A DNA stretch of 42,601 bases from an uncultured Dehalococcoidales bacterium. GTDB lineage: Bacteria > Chloroflexota > Dehalococcoidia > GIF9 > AB-539-J10. The position numbers were made by a program, and so were the translations under genes. The notes under the pieces were generated by a model. It saw only the letters and a list, made by a program, of their open reading frames with translations, searched no databases and was not told the DNA's origin. The stretch lies in NCBI GenBank assembly GCA_964429285.1, contig CAYSBO010000002.1, positions 1-42,601 on the forward strand, in the 5' to 3' direction. Positions 23,400 through 30,796 of this stretch are shown one piece after another. How positions within the stretch are numbered: position 1 is the first letter of the stretch; every line of letters starts with the position of its first letter.

Positions 23400-24708
23400 T
23401 GCTGCCCTCCCCTCCACAGAAGAAGATGGAGGCGATGCTTGCTCTATTTGCAGAGGGGCCGGCTTCGTTCATCCTGTTCTGGATTCAGGGCAGGTCGATT
23501 TCAGCCGGGTGGTACCCTGCCGCTGCAGCAAGGGAGAGCTGAAAAGGAAGAAGACAGAATATCTTGAGAAGTACAGCAATCTGGGTTCTCTGTCACAGCT
23601 GACGTTTGATAATTTGTCTCCGGAAGGAAGGGTGGGGGATGCCGCTTCCCAGGAGCGCTTTGCCCTGATTTACCAGGCTGCCAGAGCCTTTGCTGATAAC
23701 CCCAGGGGCTGGCTGGTATTCTCAGGCCCTGGTGGCTCCGGCAAAACACACCTGGCCTGTGCCGTGGCCAATCACCGTCTGGGCTTGGGAGAGCCCGTGT
23801 TCTATATCGGCGCTGCCGACCTCCTGGACCATCTCCGCTCGGCTTTCGGTCCCACAAGCGATATCACTTACGACGATCTATTCGAGCAAGTCAAGAATGT
23901 GCCTCTATTGGTGCTCGATGACCTTTCTGTGGGAAGCGCTACTACCTGGGCCAAGGAAAAGCTGGAGCAACTCCTGAACCATCGTTTCAACACCAGGTTG
24001 GCTACGGTGATCACCACCGATATGCCCGTGGATAGAATGACTGAACGATTGCGCGGCCAGCTTGCCGATAGTGAATTCTGCCAGGTATGGACGATCGAAC
24101 AGAAGTCATCCCTCGAATACCGGGGTAGCCTCGGACTAGAGCTGTTGCGAAAGATGACCTTCGATAACTTTGACCACAAGAGGCTGGAGCTCCCCACAGA
24201 ACAGCGTCAAAACCTGCGCCAGGCTTTCCATTTAGCCGAAGGATTCGCTCGCTCACCTGAGGGTTGGCTGATATTCCAGGGCGTCAATGGCTGTGGTAAG
24301 ACGCACTTGGCGGCAGCCATCGCCAACCACCGGCTGGCGCAAGGAGAGCCGGTCTTCTTCGTAGTTGTAGCCGATCTTCTTGACCATTTGCGCTCTACGT
24401 TCAGTCCGGATAGCAAGATATCCTATGACGAGTTTTCGGAGAAGATCAAAGAAATCCCCTTGCTGATACTTGACGACTTCGGCGAGCAATCGGCTACACC
24501 CTGGGCCCAGGAAAAGCTGTATCAGTTGATAAATTACCGTTACAACGCCAGGTTGCCCATGGTGGTCACCACGTGTCTCTCCTTAGACGAAATTGAAACC
24601 CGGATCAGTTCGCGAATGGTCGACCCCAGGATAAGTCTGGTGTTCAATATCACAGCTCCTGATTATCGAGGCAATGTGAAGCCCTTCCGACAAGCCAGGC
24701 GCTACTGA
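23347..24708 (+). CDS. Tandem-duplicated DnaC/DnaI-like AAA+ helicase-loader protein with an N-terminal 4-Cys module (start uncertain)
   Basis: There are two colinear modules offset by 185 aa. Module 1: TFDNL..WLVFSGPGGSGKTHLACAVANHRL..LLVLDDLS..NHRFNTRLATVITTD. Module 2: TFDNF..WLIFQGVNGCGKTHLAAAIANHRL..LLILDDFG..NYRYNARLPMVVTT. The N-terminus carries CSIC-x22-CRC. No canonical start exists between the dnaD stop (23399) and the first Cys (23440). Candidate in-frame starts are GTG 23347 or GTG 23317; the ATG at 23173 is unlikely. Confidence 0.75.
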   Translation: MAQTNSSRANTDTSSKGDAALPSTEEDGGDACSICRGAGFVHPVLDSGQVDFSRVVPCRCSKGELKRKKTEYLEKYSNLGSLSQLTFDNLSPEGRVGDAASQERFALIYQAARAFADNPRGWLVFSGPGGSGKTHLACAVANHRLGLGEPVFYIGAADLLDHLRSAFGPTSDITYDDLFEQVKNVPLLVLDDLSVGSATTWAKEKLEQLLNHRFNTRLATVITTDMPVDRMTERLRGQLADSEFCQVWTIEQKSSLEYRGSLGLELLRKMTFDNFDHKRLELPTEQRQNLRQAFHLAEGFARSPEGWLIFQGVNGCGKTHLAAAIANHRLAQGEPVFFVVVADLLDHLRSTFSPDSKISYDEFSEKIKEIPLLILDDFGEQSATPWAQEKLYQLINYRYNARLPMVVTTCLSLDEIETRISSRMVDPRISLVFNITAPDYRGNVKPFRQARRY

Positions 24709-24752
24709 TCTGGCTACAGGAGAGCCGTCCCACCCCACTGGTGATTACTTTG

Positions 24753-25388
24753 TCAGGGCCGAACCTGTGTTCCCCGTCTCAATGACAACCGCAACAGATG
24801 CACGGCAGCTACTTCCACCCAGACGATGGCGTTCGCCACTATGATTCGCTCATACAAACCAAACCAGCCTGTTTGATCGACAAAGAGAGCCCCCAGTATC
24901 AAAGCCAGACCCAGGATACCCGCGACAAGCGTGTAGGTGAAGAGGTTTCTCCAATTGGGGTCGCCCTTGAGGCTGGGTGCCAGTGACAGAATAGAGACAG
25001 GGAATAGCAAGCCAAGGCCATAAGATGCCGCTGTGTGGATTATGCCTTCATTGGGCAGAGCTCCGGGGTGGTCCGTTCGGAAAGCAGCAATCAGCAGCAA
25101 CGCGAAACCACACAAGGCGAGCAGGGCGATACCCGAATGAAACCCTCGTGCCCTACGAATGTTGAAAAAGAGCCCGGCTACAAGCATTACCTCCAGCAAG
25201 CCCATGGCCAGAAAACCAATCGATTGCAGCCAGCCTATGGGAGTCAACGCCAGACTGCTGATTGAATCCCTGACTATGCTGTAGCCTGGAGTAGACAGAG
25301 ACGCTGCCAGGTCGCCGACAACAACCATGATGGCCCCCACGATACCGGCGAGAGCCGGGATACTGTTGATATTCACACGTTTAGCCAC
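24753..25388 (-). CDS. Polytopic membrane protein, probably DUF998 family
   Basis: 211 aa with about 6 hydrophobic segments and a GTG start. The family assignment is from memory of the DUF998 pattern (..YSIVRDSISSLA.., ..GLYERI..) and is tentative. Confidence 0.6.
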   Translation of the reverse strand: MAKRVNINSIPALAGIVGAIMVVVGDLAASLSTPGYSIVRDSISSLALTPIGWLQSIGFLAMGLLEVMLVAGLFFNIRRARGFHSGIALLALCGFALLLIAAFRTDHPGALPNEGIIHTAASYGLGLLFPVSILSLAPSLKGDPNWRNLFTYTLVAGILGLALILGALFVDQTGWFGLYERIIVANAIVWVEVAAVHLLRLSLRRGTQVRP

Positions 25389-25668
25389 GGACCTTGGTCC
25401 TGATGCTCGCAGCGGAATCCCTGTTAGCTATTCTCTGTCTGTAGCAGGTGATTCCTCTGATAAGCAAGTCCATGCATAATACCCGGTCGTGGTATCGTAG
25501 TCAAACATACTCAGATACATTGGGTTCGGTCATTAACTCCCTTCTCATGCTTCGCCTAATAACCTATAATGTCGCCAGGCGAATCGTGCAGGTGCGCTAA
25601 CTGGAAATCAAGGTGGCGAACCCATCCCGTGGTCATTCGCCTAACAGGACAGATTAAGGAGTCGCGAG

Positions 25669-26235
25669 GTGAAAGTCGTAGGTATAGTGGGCAGTCCCAG
25701 AGTGAACGGCAACACGGAACTATTAACCAGGCACACTCTTAAGGCGATTTCTGATGAAGGAATAGATACTGAGCTTATTCGCTTAGCTGGCCTGGAAATA
25801 AAACCATGCACCGCATGTATGGCATGCAAGGAAGAGGAGATTTGCTCTATCCAGGATGACATGTTTCCGATATACCTCAGAATGAAAGAAGCCGATGGCA
25901 TAATTCTAGCCTCGCCGGTATATTACGGCTCCGCTACGGCGTTGATTAAGGCACTCATGGAGCGCGTTGGCTACATCGCACGCTGGAACGGCGAACCCTT
26001 CCAGCATAAGGTTGGCGGGCCTCTGGCAGTGGCCCGCCGGGCCGGCAAGAACTTCACAATCGCCCAGCTTACCCAGTGGTTTCAAATTCTGGGGTTCTTT
26101 GTTCCCGGTTCCACGTACTGGAACGTTGCTATCGCCCGGAAGGAAGGCGAAGTGAAACAGGATGAAGAAGGGCTGGAGACAGCCTGGAACTTCGGGAAGA
26201 ATACGGCCTTTCTAATCAAGAAGTTGAATGCATAG
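25669..26235 (+). CDS. Iron-sulfur flavoprotein (Isf-like NADPH-dependent FMN reductase family)
   Basis: 188 aa. MKVVGIVGSPRVNGNTELL is the flavodoxin-like FMN_red beginning. The compact motif CTACMACKEEEIC matches CX2CX2CX5C of Isf proteins. The GTG start follows AAGGAG. Confidence 0.75.
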   Translation: MKVVGIVGSPRVNGNTELLTRHTLKAISDEGIDTELIRLAGLEIKPCTACMACKEEEICSIQDDMFPIYLRMKEADGIILASPVYYGSATALIKALMERVGYIARWNGEPFQHKVGGPLAVARRAGKNFTIAQLTQWFQILGFFVPGSTYWNVAIARKEGEVKQDEEGLETAWNFGKNTAFLIKKLNA

Positions 26236-26297
26236 CCGGGCGAGCCTTCCACCTCATGCAGCTTTTTCGTACGAGGTCAAGGCTTCGCACATTCCAC

Positions 26298-27092
26298 CTA
26301 ATCAGCTTCCATTCTGGAGAAGAAGTAAGAGCCCAGTGTAGCCAGGCCTATGCATAATATGATAAGAACCGTGAAATCCAGCCATAGTGGAAAGGCAGAA
26401 ACGCCAATAAGAGTACCCCTCAACCCATCAACCCCATAGGTCAAAGGGTCAATGTACATTACGTATCTCAGCCAGGACGGCATAGATTGTATTGGGAACA
26501 GGGCACCGGAAAGGAAGAATATGGGAAACACTATTAAGTTCATTATAGCCATGAAGCCTTCCAGATTACCTAGTCTGGTGGCAATAATTAACCCAAATCC
26601 GGTGAACGCTGCGCAGGTAAGAATCATAACTACTATGGCTAGAAAGAATCCCGATACACTGGCTAATTCGACTCCTATGGCTACGGCTATTCCTACTATG
26701 ACCAGGGCTTGAATTGTGGCTGTGGTCATGCCACCCAGGCTTCTGCCCAATATGACGGAAAACCGATTGACCGGTGCTACCAGGACCTCTTTCAGAAAGC
26801 CAAATTCTTTATCCCAGATAACTGACGCGCCCGACATGGTACCGGCAAATAGTAAGGTCATGCCCACTATCCCGGGAGCGAGGAAGTTAAGGTAACTTGT
26901 CCCTTCCAGACCCGGTATTTGCCTGGCAGGCATGAAGCTCATGGGCAATCCCAGAAAGGCAAGAAAGAAGAGTGGCATCAATATCGAACCAACTATTCTG
27001 GCCTTCACTCTCAAAAACCTTTTCATCTCCCGCAGCCACATAGTGTAGATCGGCAGCGGGTCTATAATTCGCCGGACCTCAATCACTCGCAT
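26298..27092 (-). CDS. ABC-2 type transporter permease
   Basis: 264 aa with 6 predicted TM segments and an ABC-2 (DrrB/YadH-like) layout. There is a 1-nt gap to the upstream ATPase gene. Confidence 0.8.
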   Translation of the reverse strand: MRVIEVRRIIDPLPIYTMWLREMKRFLRVKARIVGSILMPLFFLAFLGLPMSFMPARQIPGLEGTSYLNFLAPGIVGMTLLFAGTMSGASVIWDKEFGFLKEVLVAPVNRFSVILGRSLGGMTTATIQALVIVGIAVAIGVELASVSGFFLAIVVMILTCAAFTGFGLIIATRLGNLEGFMAIMNLIVFPIFFLSGALFPIQSMPSWLRYVMYIDPLTYGVDGLRGTLIGVSAFPLWLDFTVLIILCIGLATLGSYFFSRMEAD

Positions 27093-27093
27093 G

Positions 27094-28101
27094 TTATCTC
27101 CTAACTCCAGTCCTTCTCATCCATGCTTTCCATATTTCCTTTACGCTTCCCTCCTCCTCCCTTATAGTCTTGCCCGTATAGTGCAAAAAGGTATCCTCCA
27201 GACTTGGCTTATACAGCCTTATGGATGATATGACAAGTCCACGATCGTCGGCAAAATCAATGAGCTCAGGTATTCTTTCCTCGGCACCGTCGATACTGAG
27301 TTCTAACGAACCGTCGCGTGCTTCAATCTTCTTTATCCAGCTCAACTGCTTCAGTGAATCAACGATGCCGCTACTATTCTGGGCTATCTGCAGTGAAATC
27401 AAATTCAGGCCCATCACCTGCTTGAGCTTTTCAGGCGTACCCATTGCTGCGATCTTGCCTTCATCTATGATGGCCACCCGGTGGCAGAGATAATCTGCCT
27501 CTTCCATATAGTGTGTAGTCAGGATTATGGTTATCCCCTCCCTCTTATTGAGGAGCTTGACATAATCCCAGAGATTTCTTCTTGCCTGGACATCCAGTCC
27601 TAAGGTCGGCTCGTCCAGGAATAGGACTTTGGGATGATTAAGAAACCCACGGGCAACCTCAAACCTGCGCTGTGTGCCGCCTGAGCATTCGCTAATCCTC
27701 ATATGTTCCCTTCCCCTCAAATCCATCAGATCCAGCACCTCTGCGACCCTCTCTTGCCTGGTCTTCCTATCCATATGATACATCCGGGCGTGAAAATCAA
27801 GGTTTTCCTTGCCGGTCAAGAATGTGTCAATGGCTCGATCTTGAAACACAATCCCTATGCACTGCCTGACCTCATTTCTTTGCCTCAGGATGTCATACCC
27901 GCAAACCTGGGCCGAACCCGAAGTAGGGTTCAGTATAGTACACAGCATCTTCACAGCCGTTGTCTTCCCGGCGCCGTTGGGACCGAGAAAGCCGAATATC
28001 TCTCCCCTTCCAACATTCAATGTAATATGGTCTACGGCTACCAGGCCGTCGAATTCTTTGGTCAGGTTTTCAATTTCTATTACGCTATCCATGCTCCTCA
28101 T
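27094..28101 (-). CDS. ABC transporter ATP-binding protein (DrrA-like), copy B
   Basis: 335 aa with Walker A GPNGAGKTT, signature CSGGTQRR and Walker B VLFLDEPTLGLD. ATG 28092 is an alternative start. Confidence 0.9.
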   Translation of the reverse strand: MRSMDSVIEIENLTKEFDGLVAVDHITLNVGRGEIFGFLGPNGAGKTTAVKMLCTILNPTSGSAQVCGYDILRQRNEVRQCIGIVFQDRAIDTFLTGKENLDFHARMYHMDRKTRQERVAEVLDLMDLRGREHMRISECSGGTQRRFEVARGFLNHPKVLFLDEPTLGLDVQARRNLWDYVKLLNKREGITIILTTHYMEEADYLCHRVAIIDEGKIAAMGTPEKLKQVMGLNLISLQIAQNSSGIVDSLKQLSWIKKIEARDGSLELSIDGAEERIPELIDFADDRGLVISSIRLYKPSLEDTFLHYTGKTIREEEGSVKEIWKAWMRRTGVRR

Positions 28102-29038
28102 CCCGCAACTTCTTTCCGATATAGTGGAGGAAAACGTCTTCCAGGCTTGGCTTGTGTTCGCCGATCGAGGAAATAGCGAACCCGTGCTTCCGTGCCAATC
28201 TCACTACTTCGGGTATCTTCATCCCCTGGTTTCCTACGCTCAACTGTAGTTGAGTATCATGCTGGTGAATGTTGTTGACCCAGTCAACTCCGTTCAGCAA
28301 ATCGGCAAACTCATTGGCCACGGCCTCTTGGGAGAATCTAATAGAAAGCACGCTGCTGCCCAGCGACTCTTTCAATGCTTTGGGAGTATCCACCTCCGCA
28401 ATCCTCCCGTGCTCAAGGATAGCTACTCTATCGCACAGGTAATCTGCTTCCTCGACATAATGGGTATTTAGCAATATGGTGGTTCCTGATTCCTTGTTCA
28501 ACCTCTTAGCATAATCCCATAGCAGTCTTCTCGTTTGTACGTCCAAACCCAAAGTTGGCTCGTCAAGGAAAAGGACCCTGGGAGCATTTAGCATGCCCCT
28601 GGCTATCTCCAGCCTGCGCTGCATACCCCCGGAGTAGTATTTTACCAGTATGTTTTGCCTGTCTGTTAACTCTACAAGGTCGAGGGCTTGCGATATCCGC
28701 TCATCCCTCACCTTTTGGGGAAGGTGATACAATCTGGCATGAAAGTCCAGGTTTTCTCTGGCCGTTAGATTGATATCCAGGCTTAGCTCTTCAAAGACTA
28801 TGCCTATTGATTCCCTGACCTTGTCCCGCTCTCTGACGATATCATAGCCGGATACAGTGGCTGTCCCGGAGCTGGGGTTCAGCGCCGTGGCCAGCATCAT
28901 GATGGTGCTGGTCTTACCAGCTCCGTTGGCCCCAAGAAAACCGAAGACCTCCCCCTCTTCGACTTCAAAACAGATGTGGTCTACGGCAACAAGATGCCCA
29001 AACATCTTGGTTAGATTATCGGCTACGATCGTCTTCAT
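28085..29038 (-). CDS. ABC transporter ATP-binding protein (DrrA-like), copy A
   Basis: 317 aa with Walker A GANGAGKTS, signature YSGGMQRR and Walker B VLFLDEPTLGLD. It has an ATGA overlap with the upstream flavoprotein gene. Confidence 0.9.
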   Translation of the reverse strand: MKTIVADNLTKMFGHLVAVDHICFEVEEGEVFGFLGANGAGKTSTIMMLATALNPSSGTATVSGYDIVRERDKVRESIGIVFEELSLDINLTARENLDFHARLYHLPQKVRDERISQALDLVELTDRQNILVKYYSGGMQRRLEIARGMLNAPRVLFLDEPTLGLDVQTRRLLWDYAKRLNKESGTTILLNTHYVEEADYLCDRVAILEHGRIAEVDTPKALKESLGSSVLSIRFSQEAVANEFADLLNGVDWVNNIHQHDTQLQLSVGNQGMKIPEVVRLARKHGFAISSIGEHKPSLEDVFLHYIGKKLRDEEHG

Positions 29039-29619
29039 TCTCCGTGTGCACTGCCGCGAACCAGCTCTTGTCCAAGGCGAAATGCATCGTCCAGAGCTGC
29101 AGGATGCTCCTGAATCTGACCCTTGTTATCAACTCCCCTGACCAGCAAGTCGCCGGAGTATTTCACGCCGATGGCATCAAAGAAATACTTCACTGTGAGC
29201 ACCGCACCGTCAAACAGTCTCTTGCCCTTGGTGGCGCCAACGGAAATAAAGGCGCCTCTACGTACTCTGGCATCGTCCTTGCCCTTGTTCAGGACATGTG
29301 TTCTTACCCAGAGGGCCTGGCATCTATCTATTATTGCCTTCGCCTGGCTGGAAACGCCATAGAAGAATATGGGTGAAGCAAGAATAACGTGGTCAGCTTC
29401 TACAAGCTTCTCGTAAAGCAGTTGCATGTCATCCATAATGGCACAGTTGCCATCCTTGAGACAGGCATATATTTCCAGACAGGGCGAGATTTTGAGGTTT
29501 GAGACCGGCACCTTTTCGACCTCGGCTCCCGCTTCTGCGGCACCCTCCAGCGCCCTGTCAAGAAGGAGCTCGGTATTGCTTCGCCTTCTGGGGCTGCCCA
29601 TAATCCCTAGTACTTTCAT
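29035..29619 (-). CDS. Flavodoxin-like NAD(P)H-dependent FMN reductase family protein (no compact Isf Cys motif)
   Basis: 194 aa. MKVLGIMGSPRRRSNTELLL. The Cys spacing PCLEIYACLKDGNC differs from CX2CX2CX5C. SD GGAGGA lies before ATG 29617-29619. Confidence 0.75.
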   Translation of the reverse strand: MKVLGIMGSPRRRSNTELLLDRALEGAAEAGAEVEKVPVSNLKISPCLEIYACLKDGNCAIMDDMQLLYEKLVEADHVILASPIFFYGVSSQAKAIIDRCQALWVRTHVLNKGKDDARVRRGAFISVGATKGKRLFDGAVLTVKYFFDAIGVKYSGDLLVRGVDNKGQIQEHPAALDDAFRLGQELVRGSAHGE

Positions 29620-29846
29620 AATCGTCCTCCTCGTAATGTCCCCAATAGTTGGGCCTCAATCTTTTGAGCTGATGCTTCAGGCCAAAGCCTTGAATAGGAG
29701 ATCTTGAACCAGTAGTACCGACTGACGATATGAAATCCTTACTTTCTTCACGTCGGTTCCCCCTTCTGCCAATGTCTGCTTGCTAGTTTACGGAGTCTAT
29801 TATACAGCTATACAGCGCACTGGTTCGTTGCCTTCTGACGTCAGGC

Positions 29847-30488
29847 TCAGTAGGCGACGGTGAATCGTTCCCGAATGTGCTGCGGAGACTCAAGTTCATC
29901 GAGCATGGCAACGGCATAGTCCTGCGTAGAGATTTTGCTTTCGCCTTGTTTGTTCTTAAGAAGCTGGTCTTTCCCGGCCTGATAATGTCCCGTCCGTTTT
30001 CCGGGGGTGATCGAGGCTGGCGGACTCAAGAATGTCCAATCGAGGTGCTGCTCTTTCTTCAGCATTTGCAGCGTCTCACCAGTTGCCAGCACTCCGCCTT
30101 TAACATTCTCGGGGAAAGTGACTGTGTCCATAAGCCGGACACCAGGGGCCACTTCCAAAGTTCCGGCCCCGCCTACAACCAGCAATCTCTTGACTCCAGA
30201 TTTCTTGACGCCCTCGATAATCGCCTTAGCGCCCTTGATCTGCTCATTGTAGATATCTGGACTGCTCCAGCCAGGGTTGTAAGCGCTTATGACCGCATCA
30301 TGGCCTTTCACCAGTTCGTCCACCTTGTCCTTAACTATGTCCGCTTTCAAAAAGGTTAGATGCGGGTTTCGTTTGGTTACCTTCTCAGGATTGCGCACGA
30401 TCGCCGTTACCTGGTGCCCGCGGGCCAGGGCCTCATCGCGAATGAATGATCCGATCTGGCCGCTTGCTCCGATGACTGCTATTTTCAC
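29847..30488 (-). CDS. NAD(P)H-binding atypical SDR (NmrA/YwnB-like) protein
   Basis: 213 aa. MKIAVIGASGQIGS is a Rossmann fold. The GTG start sits 9 nt after AGGAGGG. Confidence 0.75.
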   Translation of the reverse strand: MKIAVIGASGQIGSFIRDEALARGHQVTAIVRNPEKVTKRNPHLTFLKADIVKDKVDELVKGHDAVISAYNPGWSSPDIYNEQIKGAKAIIEGVKKSGVKRLLVVGGAGTLEVAPGVRLMDTVTFPENVKGGVLATGETLQMLKKEQHLDWTFLSPPASITPGKRTGHYQAGKDQLLKNKQGESKISTQDYAVAMLDELESPQHIRERFTVAY

Positions 30489-30761
30489 AGACGCAGCCCT
30501 CCTGTCCAGCTCTCGAAGTTTTCTCTCACCTCTCGCTTCTGGTAACTCCTACTGGCATCGGTTTCGCCATGCTGGACCTGCTGGTCGGTATTATACAACA
30601 ATTGGATTCATTGCTCCGTTGGCGTTTGGTACCTACCCAGGCCTGTTGGCCGGCATCATACCAGCTTGGAGATCCGGCCTCTGGCTGGAAGCGCAAGCGC
30701 AACCAGACGGCGATGCCCGCTGGGGAGCCGGGGAAATTTTGATAAGAGGAAAATCCCTCCT

Positions 30762-30789
30762 TTGGGGCTCTTAGTCGAACTGCTATAAT
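30762..30789 (+). promoter_or_regulatory. Putative promoter TTGGGG-16 nt-TATAAT placed for a leaderless dnaE transcript
   Basis: TATAAT at 30784-30789 ends 7 nt before the dnaE ATG (30797). No Shine-Dalgarno sequence is visible in between. Confidence 0.4.
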
Positions 30790-30796
30790 TTAACTG

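Noticed and set aside
25034-25042. DnaA-box-like 9-mers: TGTGGATTA here, and GTGGATAAG near 41747.
   Set aside because: They are single, imperfect and located inside coding regions. There is no cluster and no AT-rich unwinding element, so there is no evidence for an origin despite the strand switch at 19470-19534.
25590-25653. AGGTGCGC ... CAGGACAGA, reminiscent of guanidine-III (ykkC-III) riboswitch core strings.
   Set aside because: The spacing of about 50 nt is far larger than in the compact 41-nt pseudoknot motif, and the ACCCGG/CCGGACG parts are missing. The downstream gene is a flavoprotein, not a guanidine exporter or carboxylase.
29801-29845. Tandem TATACAGC x2 (29801-29816) and the palindrome CTGACGTCAG (29835-29844) downstream of the NmrA-like gene.
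   Set aside because: These are very short single occurrences located 3' of a gene between same-direction transcription units. I can find no supporting context for a repeat family or operator.
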